Source: Euprymna scolopes (Eukaryota). From it: 64,000 nt of DNA. Position 1 is the stretch's first letter, and each line of letters opens with the position of its first letter. This document shows positions 33,517-46,038 of this stretch, piece by piece. The stretch is taken from the NCBI GenBank assembly GCA_053919585.1, contig CM132805.1; one strand, written 5' to 3'. Below the pieces are notes generated by a model. It saw only the letters and a program-made list of their open reading frames with translations, made no database searches and was not told where the DNA came from. The position numbers and the translations under genes are program-made.

Positions 33517-34383
33517 CTAGAGTTTCAGCCCGGCGTTGCCCGGGTGTTTAGATGTGTATGTTAAAAAAAATGGTAGTAGGAAGGCAGGCTCGAACCCGTA
33601 CCGCGAACGGGGGGAAAAACCTGACGTCTTTGCGCTTACGACCACCGCCAAACCTGAAGTGACTTATGTTTAAATTAAGGCTAGACAATCGAAAGGAGAG
33701 GATATCTTTAAAAAATATCGGTGAGGAAAGCGCCCCCCCCTATAGAAAAGTGCCTTGTTGAAGGTGAATATATTAATGTTTCTTAGCCAATTTTTCGATA
33801 TTTGTTGTATGAAAGGTCGAACTTCAAAACGATACTAACCTTGTAAAAATCCGTTGCCTCTGTCGAAAGTTTTAGGCACACATGCAAACATACATACATA
33901 CATTTATATATTGGTAACTAAAAATTTTCGACCCAAACCGATGAAAATGCTTGCCCTATCCCTGAATACTCTTTATGTAAAATTTAAAATGTTTAGACCA
34001 GAAATTGTCTGAGTAATTTGGTAGAGACTGCAGAGGTCAATTTTTTTTAATTTGACCCCTATTATGACCCCTTAAAATTTATTGTTCTGGGCTCAAATCA
34101 GGTTATTAAGTTAGATCCGTATCCAAGGAACCTATATCGAAAAGTTCAAGTGTTTAGACCCAGAATTGTCGGAGAAATTTGGTAGAGTTCTCAAAGGTCA
34201 AATTGTTGAACTTTGGCCCCTTAACAGCGAAATATCTGACCGAAAAGCTATCGCAAAGCTTTTCCCAAATCTCAGAACCTGTATATCAAATTTCGAGTCT
34301 GTAGACTTAAAACTGACAAAGTTATTGCGTTGGGAAATGTACACAGACAGACAGACAGACACAGGCACGTTCACTTTTACAGA
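33517..34383 (-). mobile_element. Helitron family A composite copy with an internal tRNA-like segment
   Basis: CTAG at 33517 with hairpin; family A 5' end near 34383; extra internal block ~33571-33890. Confidence 0.7.
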
Positions 34384-35023
34384 TAATTAGATTATATTGG
34401 ACCCAATATAAAGTAATGAGTTAAAAAGCTTTAAAAACCAAAACGTTTAGCTTACAATTTACTCTTTCCTTTGATGTTAATGACTGTACTATAAAGACGT
34501 GTTTACTGCAGAGCTAAAAATTAAAACATGAATCAATAGCTATTACGTCACGCATGCATATTGCAATGCCATCGTTCGACCTTCACCTGGAAAATTTCAT
34601 TTTTTTTTTATTCTCACACTTTTGCACCGATTTTCCACGACTGAAACCCAAATATAAAGTTTCGTTTTGGTTCAAATACCGTACATCTAACGACGGAGGA
34701 GTTTAGTAGGAACGTTTTTTTTTAAGTATATACGCATACATATATATAGAAAGAATTTTGTTTTTACTATAAACTTTTTACACAAATATTACACAAGTAT
34801 AAATCATGTAGAACATCTGCATATATAATTACACGTAAGTTAACTGAAGCTGATCATTTCATAAGAAAACCGAAAAACTAATAGGGAATTACTTAAAATG
34901 AATGTTTAAAAGAATATGATAATAAGCTAGATATTTGGCAAATAAATGCAATTCAACGACCCATGTTTAAATAAATAGAAAAAGTGTTTTTAATATGAAT
35001 ACACACAAAATAAATTTATAGGA

Positions 35024-35082
<59 letters not shown>

Positions 35083-35273
35083 CAGGTTATGATATATATA
35101 TATATGTGCAGGTTATGATATATATATATATATGTGCAGGTTATGATATATATATTAAATTGTAATTCAATGAATTTCAAAAACCTCTCATTGAAATGAA
35201 ATGAAGTGGTTGAGTTTCATATCAAAGAATTTTTATTATTCTAAGCAAGACAAAGAATGTTTTAGAAAATTAA

Positions 35274-35321
35274 TCTCCTTAACCTATGGGGTTTCGATGT
35301 CTATCATCTCATCAGAGGAGA
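35274..35321 (-). ncRNA. Type I hammerhead ribozyme motif (Penelope-like)
   Basis: tctcct CTGATGA gatg-ataga-catc GAAA ccccataggt TA aggaga. Confidence 0.7.
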
Positions 35322-35824
35322 GAAAATATTAGCAAATAGTTATAAAGGTATGCACCCTATTTGCTAAAGTCAGTGAGGCATGGAAAGTCAAAGTGAAAAT
35401 AATACATTTATCAGAAGTCCTGTAGCAGGAGGATTTGTAGAAAAAGGATATGAATGTTTTTGTTGATCCAACTTGCTTGGTAAAATCCATATTATACGTT
35501 CTTTACATCCGTTTGGTAATAATTTCCAAGCCATATACTGGGTAATCCGCATAGCTGTGTATATATCCGAATCGGGCAAGTGCTTGTTTAAATTTGTTTT
35601 GGGTCCAGCGATAATAATTAAAAATCTCAACCACTTCATTTCATTTCAATGAGAGTTTTTTGAAATTCATTGAATTACAATTTAATTTATTTGCTCTATC
35701 TTGCATATCGAGCAATTCTTGTTTAGATGGGATAACTTATAGAATATTACTGCCAGTAATATTTTGTAAACCTACAATCTCACGTTTACATAACCACTGA
35801 TTGTTAAATAAAAACTATTCCGAA

Positions 35825-35912
<88 letters not shown>

Positions 35913-36041
35913 GCAAATATTTTTTAATGCATTGGAGACACTTTGCTTTATGATTCTTTTCTTTTTAATTTTTTGATTTTCCATATAGTCTTTTTTATAT
36001 CAAAATCAGAAATATTAATAAAAGTTCCATAATTGTTGCTG

Positions 36042-36084
36042 TCACGAGCGCTTTCGATTCATCCACGAATCATCTTCAGTTGTT
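36042..36084 (-). ncRNA. Minimal type I hammerhead motif (Penelope-like), weak stem I
   Basis: CTGAAGA t gattc-gtggat-gaatc GAAA gcgc TC gtgac. Confidence 0.55.
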
Positions 36085-36289
36085 GAAGTAAAAGCGCGAG
36101 GGAACGAAAATGAGAATTAAAAGTGAAAACTAAAATAAACAGTAAACGATGTTAGGCGATGTTAATTTAAAATATATAGAGTTGATAAAAGATACATACA
36201 GTAGATAAGTCAGAGCGTATGCCTCATACACTCGTATCTTTATCTTCACACTGATTCCTCTAACCGACAAGACACGTTTGTTTAAGCCT

Positions 36290-37140
36290 AACCAAAAGCA
36301 GAACTAGCCTGATCTATCGTGTGAGTTATTTCAGCATCTAATCTTCCATCTCTGCTCAGCAAACTACTAAACTAAAGATGTTTAAAGGTATTTGTGACCT
36401 TCAATCTCCTCCCGTTGGTTCCACATATGGCACACCAGTTGGTGAATACATAACAAAGGTTTTTTCTCAAGGTAAAGCTTTGCAAACATTTTAGAATTTA
36501 TCCGTTGTAAACTGCATGTCCTCCTCTGTGTGTGCTACAATATCTGCGTCATCTACATATAACAACTCACGAATGGTAGAATGGAATGTTTTTAACTTTC
36601 ACTCAAACATCGAAGATTGAATAGCTTGCCAAAAGTTCGAAAACGCAAAACCACCTCAACATCACTGTCTTTAAAAGCATAAAAAAGAATTGTGGCAAAG
36701 TCAATTGAACAAAGGCGTGGATGCTGATATGTCACCTTGCTTGACCCCATTGTTTATTGGTATTGGTTCACACAATGTGTCATTGATGTTCACTCAGGCC
36801 TTCATGTGCTGTAGCAACTTCTTCAACATTTCCACAAAACAAACAGTATATCCAAGCTTGTCTAGAAAAATCCAGAATGCATTACTATTGATGATGTCGA
36901 AAGCTCTCGTCAGATAACAAAAGCTTGATACAACGATACCTTTTGCTCACTGCATTTATCTATGAATTAGTGAGCAGAGAAAATCATGTCAATTGGCCAT
37001 TTCTGAACTTATACTGACTTTCAGAAATAATACAAAAGCAAATATACGTAAACAGTTGGTTTAACAGAATCTTTGCAATCACTCATCCCACAGCTTTAAG
37101 CATCGTGATCTCTCTATAGTAACCATATTTGGACATTTGT
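36290..37140 (-). pseudogene. RTE-clade LINE reverse transcriptase remnant
   Basis: Minus strand encodes MIFSAH, KAFD-like, NGVKQG and IRELLYVDDADIVAHTEEDMQ. Confidence 0.75.
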
Positions 37141-38612
37141 CCTTTCCCGAATCTTAAGCGACAGTACGCCCGTGCCACCCGATAAGAATTAGACTATATA
37201 CTGCTCTAGAAATGTTTCCCCGCAAAAGAGCAACATCTCTGTTGAAAAAAAACTTGAAACCACTTGTTTGATCCAAGTGTAACATAGTCGTTACGTCGCA
37301 AATGGACAAACAAATAAAACAAATAGACAAAATATCCGAGTCGGCAATTTTTTTTCAACAAATATTTTTATTACCTTTACTTTCAGCACCACTTAACAAA
37401 GTATCTTAACATGTGTTTATTTTATCTTGCCCGCTTTTCTATTTGTTCGACTGAATGCTGACATTTGCCAGCCACTTCTGGCCTTCGCACTTACCCGTCC
37501 ATTTTCTTCGAATTCGTCTTTTTTTTTTTCTCTGACCTCACGTCGGTAGTATGTCGGAATTTCATTAAACGTCTTTACACGTCTATTTTCCTCCCCAAGC
37601 ACATGTTGCATTTTTCTCCTTTTTTCTTCCTCTTCTCGCGCCCACTTCCTAATTTGCATATGAACGATTTCTGTTACTGCTACTAATCTTTACACATGCC
37701 CCCCCCTCTTCGTTGCCGATGATACTTATGATCATACGCATTATGTTTCACACCTTCCCTTTCTCAAAAGATATTTAGAAGAATTCAAACCTGCATGAGG
37801 CGATAAAAGAAAACAAAAAATAATCTTTGATATTTGTTGGTTCTAAGTTTGTAAATTCACCATTTTTATTTCTTGACATTCCTTTTAACACATATGTTAT
37901 TATGTTAATTGTGTTTTAAGATACATTTAAATGCATATAACTTTTTCCTGTGACTTGTATTTCTCTTGTTTCCTTACATCGAATAATTTTCATTAATTTC
38001 AAGTGTTCTACCTGACCGTCAAACAGTCTTGCTTTTATTTCAAAATTAAAACTACTTAACATTTTAATATTTCGGGGTTCCGGTTTATTCTATACATCAA
38101 TAATAAACATCTGCAAATCTATCTAATTCGAACACTGTATATTAACTCACTACTCTGCTATCCTCCAAGCTTATTTGTTCGTAAACTGACCCACCAAAGT
38201 CCAGTCACAAACTTCCGATAGCTACGTGACAAACATTGATCCGTTGTCCTAATTCTGTCGACAACTGTCCGACTTTCTATAGAAAAAATCGCCGCTATTT
38301 AATTAATACTCTATTTATACAACAGAGGACTGCGACACCCTAAATATCCAGTAGTCACTCATTCTTCTACATCAGCAATGCATGCCACCGCGGCCTATCA
38401 CCATAAAGAGCCTCAGCCACAAAGAATAATTTTCATTTATCTTGTATTCTACCTGACTGTCACACAGTCTTGCATTTATTGCAAAATTAAAACTACTTAA
38501 CACTTTCATGATTAATAGCCAATTATAAACGACCCATCAGCTGAGAACAAAATTACTATTCTTCATAGAAATACAATCAAATTTATGTTTATTTTTTAAT
38601 ACATACGTTTTC

Positions 38613-38683
<71 letters not shown>

Positions 38684-39254
38684 GTGATGACCTGTACATT
38701 TCAGTTGACCTATATTATTTTGGCCTATATATTTTTTTCGCGCCTTTAACATTTCCTGTCTGGGCCATTTTGACATTTGTTTCTCTATTTTATATTTAAC
38801 TATATCACCATTTTTTCTCCTCTTTTTCTTCCTTGATCTTTCTTATTTATATTTATGTCTCGGTAGTAGAGTGAAAAGCATATCTTATTTTACTTTTATT
38901 AATATTATTGGATTTTTTTCCTTTTTTTCTTTGTACACATTTTTGTGAATTTTTCCATGGATTTTTGCCTTTGGATTATTATGGACCATCTTCTTCCAAT
39001 TACGAGATTTCCTTGGATTTTACTTATGCAAATGGAAATTCAATTAACTTTCTTAGAGTTATATATTTTGATTTTACTGTCACCGGATTATTTATCTTCC
39101 ACCAGACTATCCATTCATGTGTAATCACCTTTTTCTTCACCATATTCCCTCTGCTTCACTTTTTTTTGTTTTCAAGTAAGATCTTTGACTTACTTGTTGT
39201 TTCATCAAATACTTTTGCATGCAAAATCCGATCCCGCATTTTGCTAATTCCTAC

Positions 39255-39301
39255 CCTCTGACGAGAAGGAAAGTATTTCTTCGAAACTCCGCGGATTAAG
39301 G
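39255..39301 (+). ncRNA. Type I hammerhead ribozyme motif (Penelope-like)
   Basis: cct CTGACGA gaagga-aagtat-ttcttc GAAA ctccgcggat TA agg. Confidence 0.6.
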
Positions 39302-39394
39302 ACTATCTACTTATCTAGTGTTTCCTTTTCAGATTAAATATGTTTTTAACTCACTTCAAAGTGTTTTTTAACATGTTTTATTAACTGTTTGCTC

Positions 39395-39449
<55 letters not shown>

Positions 39450-42099
39450 AACATTTATTCCAGCCGTGCAAAACCCCAGCCAAATTTTTTTAATTCTAAA
39501 ACTTTACTAACAATCAAATTGGAGATATCACTTAAACAGTCCAAACACAAAATTATAAAATACGTTCAAGTAAAAATGATTTATTCACATTTTCATCTCT
39601 AAAAAAAAGCGATTTGTCACGTTAAAATGAGTATTACTTATAATAATGGATAATCGACAGGTAAGAATATTCGTTTTGAACACTAAAACATCATTGACGA
39701 TAACCTAATCTCCTTACAAAACAAGGAAATATGACTGACAAGACCAGAGAAAAATTCGAAAGTGCGCAGACAAGAAGAAAAAATATGTACTCACCGACTA
39801 GTGCAATATAATTTTTTTTTTAAGTTCTCAACCCTCGGTCATTTTTTTTATGTTAAGTTCTTATTTTAAACTGCGTTTCTTTCATGTTTTTTCGCCCCTC
39901 TCTGACACCACTAAAAATGTAACTCGCTGCTACATGTCTATTTTATCTGGCAGCGTTTCTATTTCTTCCGATCGAATTTAAGTCGAAGTAGGGTTCTCTG
40001 TATTATTATGCGGCTTTTAAATAGTCTGTTTATTTTTGTACTTAAGGAACAAATTAAATATTTTATAGGATTTTTTGAATTACTATTATAAGTCTATCCA
40101 TCGATATGTCTACTCGTCCGTGCATCGATCCATCTATATATCGATCTTCGCATACGTCGATCATTAATTGCGTTGACTTCTCAAACTTTAATTTGAAATA
40201 GAATTATCCTTGGATGATCCCTCCTCAGTTTGAAATAACAGTTATGTCAGCGTGTACCTCTTCAATTGGACATATTTAAAATAGCATTTTTATTAAGTTT
40301 ACGTTTGCGTGTCACACTTTAACATTTAAGTTGGTATGTCACGCTTCATTTCGAAATAGCATTTACGTTGGCTATTACCTCTTTAGTTCTGAATAGCATG
40401 TCTATAAGTCTTTCACTGTTTATTCCTAAGTAGCATTTAAGTTAGTCTTTTATTTTTCTGTTTACAACAGTATTTAAGTATGCTCGCCACTCTTCAGTTT
40501 ATATTGGTCTTCTAAAACTGAATATCATTAATAACCTCGTATCATACATTGCCCTTGTTAGTTGGTCATTCTTCTGTTTTTAATGGTATTTCCTTTGCTC
40601 ATCAGGTTAGGGTTAGGGTTTGAAACAGCATTTACATTCGTCTATCACCCTTCAGTATGAATAATAGTATGAAATAACATTTACGTTGTTTTTTTTGTTT
40701 TTTTTTACACAATGGTCACCACTTATCAAGGCCGGAAGCCACTCAGGGATAATGGTTATTGCAAGTACATTACGTTAGTGTGGAGATTTGATGAAGTGTT
40801 TACTTAAGGGGGCGGTTCATTAGGAATTTGTTAACGTTGGACTTGAAGACATCCAAGTTGTAGTCAGGTGGGAAGCAGGCAGACGGAATAGAGTTCCACA
40901 GGCGTGCAGTTCTAAGAAAGAAGCTTTGTTCATGGTCTGTAAAGCTTTAATTTGAAATAGAATTTACGTTGGCCTTCCTCACTTTGAAATAGTAGTTATT
41001 GCAGCTTCAATTTCTACATTTAAAAATATTTTGGAATAGCATTTCATGAGGTGGTCACGTCTTATGATGAAATTGAGTTTTAGGTTGGATTGTCACACTT
41101 CATTTAAAATATGATTTTTGTAAATCTGTCGTTTTTAGTTTGAAATTTAATTTACGTTGGTTATTATCTCTTTAGGTAAAAAGCATTTCTGTAAGTCTTT
41201 TACTTTTTAGTTTTAAGCTGGTCTGTCATATTTCTGTTTACAATAGCATTTTCTTTACTCGCTCGGTTACATTGGTCTATCAATTCGTCACACGCTACTA
41301 TCAAATATAAATAATGTTTGTTTGCAATGCTTTTTTTTCAAATATCACTTTTATCGCTACATTCCCAGATAGAATGTAAATATCGATTCTTGCTTTTTAT
41401 GGTTTTGTTTCCTTTGGAACGGCGTAATTCTTATAAAACTGAACTTACATCAATTTTTAATGTTTAAAGACGCATATTCCTCTGCAGCAAATCAACTCTG
41501 AAACAAAAAACAAATATTCAGAATAATTTTTGAAATAAAAATTTCCATTTAAACTTTGAAAAACTTTACTTTTAAACTGAAATTAAATGCCGTCATCAAA
41601 TTTAAATAAATGTAATTATTATTTTCGAACAGAAACTCGTAATAAAATCAAATAAATTTATGATGATGATGATACTACTACTACTACTACTACTACTACT
41701 AATAATAATAATAATAATAGCAATTAGAATATTCTTTACCAATTTTTAAACTTAATCTCTAGAAATTAGAAAATGTGTTAAAAATTAAACCAACAATTTT
41801 GATGATTAATAGTTCAAATATTCTCTTGTTTTCCGGTTTTCTACATTTTTATCATCCTTTGCGAATGACTACATATTTATTTACCAGCAATGCTTTAAGA
41901 AAACTACATTTTCTTTCATAATGAAGTGATTTTATAATCACTTTCTTATACTTATGTTGATACCAACATCTTTGGTAATCCGGAAATATTTTCGTGTAAA
42001 CTTCAAATCATTCCGGTAGCACTCACCTATGAAAAGACAACATATATTAAAGTGTATTCATTCAATTTTCGCATTTAACAGCAAATATATGGTTTCAGT

Positions 42100-43813
42100 C
42101 TCAACTGTGATTGACTAACGAAAATGCTCTTTCGAAAGTAAGAATTACAGACCACTTAAAATAACATTTAATCATGTCGAAATCTACTTCAGCCTGTAAC
42201 TTTCATAACCTTCTACAGAAAACGCCATATTGAATTATTGCGATATTTACATAGGAAAACGATATAGTATATTGCAAAGACTTTGACGCGGCAGTTTTAG
42301 TTTAGTGTCGAATAGTATTATTCTCAAGATTGGCACTTTTTTATAGGCGGTTCCAAAAAAAGTTTGAAATATGTTCTTCCTCACAATGGCATATTATATG
42401 GATAAGTTCCCCCAGGCGATTCAACGACCCTAAAAGAATATGATGAAATCAAATTTGTTTAGGAAAAGATTTTATGCAGACAGCATTAATGTGCACCAAT
42501 ATGGGTCGATTTGAAAATTGTTGGGTTTCTTCTCGGGCTACAAAAGTCCCTTGCTTCTTCAATTTGTGGGATATCAGGGCAAGAACAGATAACTAGATAA
42601 AAATGATTATCCTGGGAGCAATGAACTGATTTCTAGCTCTCTCAATGTTCTGGTTTCTCCTTTGGTGGAGCGTTCCAAAATTGTGTTTCTTCCTCTTAAC
42701 GCAAAGCTTGGCATCACGAAACAATTTACGAAGGCTCTTGAGAAATGTGGCGACTGTTTCAAAATATTTGTATGAAATAATCAGGCCTAACTATACAGAA
42801 ATTAAAAGTTGGAATTTTTATGGACCCCAGATTCGAAATTTAATGAATAACACAAATTTCTGTAATTTTATGAATTCTGCAGAATTGAGTGCCTCGACTG
42901 TATTTATGAATGTACTACAAAGAGCTTATTGAAACATTACTAATAACTCTCTATAAACTGGGTGGGAATATGAGAATTAAGTTACATTTTTTGCACAGCC
43001 ATCTTGCCCGTTTTCCAGAAAATCTAGGTGATGTTGGTTGGTTGGTTGTTTTTGTTTTACGGCATAGCAACCCTTTTCGGGTTATTTAATGCAGAATCCA
43101 AAGATTTTGAAGAAAAATTTTTTTTAATAGAATATATTTGTTTTTTTCATGTCGGTTTCTATTCAACTCATAGTTGGGACCCTAACAGGTACTACCACTC
43201 CGGGTCAGAGTGGACCTGGGAGCAATGGTAATTAAAGGGTGGCTCCACACTCCCCAAAGCCCACAAGCTGGGGCCTCACCACTGGATATAGTTTAAGGTC
43301 ATATCCAGGACCCCCATTGAGGGACTTTTACCCTCTGCAGGGGGGCAGTCGGCGTATTCTAATGCCCCACCGACAGGGCCACTAGGTGATGTGAGCGACG
43401 AGCCAGAAAAACACTTCCATCAAGACATCAGCGACATGGAAGTTCGCTATCAAGGTCGTTGGGATGCCATCATGCTTGCAGACTACTGCTGGTCTATCAA
43501 GCACGATGATGTCGAAGCAAATCAGTAAAACATGGATGATGATGAGCATTTTTTACAACTTCAAGTTTTAATTATGAATATTTTGGTATGGTTTCATGAA
43601 TATGTGTCTTAGGGTTATATGAAAATGTTGTTTCTTCGACTTGCCTGTTTTTATTGTAGCCATCGGCTTCCTACAGAGGGGGTATACCATAGCAGATAAA
43701 CAAGACCGGATAGAAAAAAGTGAAAACATTTGTAGAATCAGCGATATCAAATTAGGTAAAAACAATTGAAACATCTTAGGCACCATGACAATGTTGTTTT
43801 TAGTTAGCCAGTG
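42100..43813 (+). mobile_element. Chapaev3-like (CMC) DNA transposon remnant
   Basis: Decayed DLKIVGFLLGLQ, PPL..KLG, GPQIR, LHFLHSHL..FPENLGDVSDE, FHQDISDMEVRYQGRW, MLADYCW; right end ...gccagtg at 43809-43813; left end not found. Confidence 0.7.
43035..43381 (-). mobile_element. Short non-autonomous retroposon (SINE-like, probably RTE-mobilised)
   Basis: 11-bp TSD ctaggtgatgt (43024-43034 / 43382-43392); (AACC)n tail on the minus strand; GC-rich 5' part. Confidence 0.8.
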
Positions 43814-45329
43814 CTATTAGTTATTCAGATCCGTTGCCGAAATAATATATTTTGGGCTAAATTCGTATATTCAAGCTTATTGTCATAATCAGATATAAAT
43901 TTATAACAACAAAATAAATAAAGTTTCAATTATATGGATTAATGCATATAAATATAAAAATATAATAGGAATTAATACTAAACCTTTTTAAACTTATTCG
44001 TAAATAATTCACTGGTTAAGAATTTAAGAAAAGTTACTAATAAAGAAGACGATACTAAATTAATACGAAATGTATTAATTATAAAATAACGTATAATCCA
44101 TAAAAATAAACAATAACAAGTATAAAGAAATAAGACCAACATAAAATATTAAATGAATAAAATATTTTTATATTGATTTTCTGCGAACCTAGTATCTCGC
44201 GTTCCAAAATTGTGTTTCCTCCTCTTCACATAAAGCTTGGCAACTCATTGCGAAGGCTCTTGAGAAAGTTGGATGACGCAAAACTAAAGTAGCTCGATGC
44301 CATTATTTTGTGTCACAATAAAGTAAATAATTACGTGTTTTTTTTAACAAAACATCATGAACCAATGCTTAAAGAATAAAAGTCGCAAACTTAAATATTT
44401 AAGTTTTGAAAGAAAACTTTCAATCAAAATATTCGATGTGCGGAAGGAACCATCTTTACTTTATATATTAGATATAAAAATATAAATACAGGTATCTCTG
44501 TTAATGATTATTTTAATATTTACGGAATTCCAAACTCTAAATGAAGATGACATTCGATTTAAGTCATAAATTGGAGTTCATTGCGAAAGAGACTATCTTT
44601 ACTTTATATATTAGATATAATAATATATATACAGGTATCTTTAATATTTACGGAATGTCAATCTTTTATATGTTGTTGAATTCCCAAATTCAATACATAT
44701 TTCACGAAATAAAGTGAACAAAAACTGCTACTTTACACGTAGTCGATCGATTAAATATTCATAAATTTCCGCACGTTATTATAAAATATATTTTCCTGAT
44801 ATAATGGATCATTAAAATGATGGTAAGGTATAGAATTAAGACAACAAATGCTAATTTACATATAGTCGGTGGATTAGAGAATCATATATTCCCGAATTTT
44901 ATTATAATGTAAATAAATGAAATAATATTCGATTTTATTAGAACTAAGCTTAAATAGTTTCATAGTTTAGGTCGTTATCCATTACGCATATCGCAAAATA
45001 GAATTTGGTTGCAAAAAGACAATACAAAATGTTACCACTTACAATCCACATCCAGATCCATTACAAAAATTCCAGGCACCGCAATAAAGAAAATAATAAT
45101 TTATAATTTAATGAAAGAAATGTATAATTTAACAACGAAACGTAAATTAAAGAAATATGAATATCGAATAGAATAACGTTAATATTTCAGCGTCCCAATT
45201 GTTCTTTTGTTTTTTTTTTCGCGTTTAAATTACCCAAATAAACAATTGTTTATACTGTCTGCTTTTTTTTTTTTACATCGTTCATTTCTAAACCCCACTC
45301 TTCCCATGTTATCCTAATACTGACTTGAA

Positions 45330-45560
45330 TCTCATTTCTTGTTATGGTAAAATAAAACACATATAGACTGATCATTTGGGCGTTACAAGTTCGAATCCTG
45401 CCAATTCGATAGCACAGCTTTCACTATGGATTTTAACAACATTCATCGTACTTCTTCTGCACATATCAGATTCGGGAAACGACTGAGGTAATCAACGGCA
45501 ACAAAGAATCGAGAATTATTCTCCTTCTATGAAAGCAGCATTTTTGTTGCATATTATTTT
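45330..45560 (+). repeat. Old tRNA-SINE-like repeat (second copy ~57640-57860)
   Basis: B-box-like aagttcgaatcctgcc in both copies; A box not clear. Confidence 0.4.
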
Positions 45561-45844
45561 AATACAATCTATATATTAATACGATAGCGAGTGTGTTTTT
45601 TGTGCCAATCTTACATCCGGATAGTTTAATTGTTATGCAATTCCATTTCATGTCATAAATAATTTTATCAAGAATTCTTCATAAGTTTTGGTTTTCGGTT
45701 ACAATTATGGCTGAAGGGACTCAAGTGCACCCAACTCATATGGATACATTTTTTTATTTTTGAAATCGCAACTTTATAATATATAAAAATCGATAGAACA
45801 TTAGCTATATAATAATATTTACGAAATCTGCAAAAATTACAATA

Positions 45845-46038
45845 TCATATTTAAGCGTACTTTACTACCAGGCTTTGCCGGGTGTTCGTGATAGCTTAGA
45901 TAAATGCATTTGCAGTTTTCACAAAAGAACTACAATAATATAAGAGCGTCTCTATTTACACTGAACATCTACAGAATGCCAACATCACTATATTACACAT
46001 GAATGAGTCGCCTGTGGAATTTCCATAGGACCCGCTAG
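45845..46038 (+). mobile_element. Non-autonomous Helitron-like 3' end (family B)
   Basis: Hairpin cctgtggaatttccatagg followed by CTAG (46035-46038) then T. Confidence 0.55.

Noticed and set aside
40605-40620. (TTAGGG)-like telomeric repeat
   Set aside because: Only about 2.5 units.
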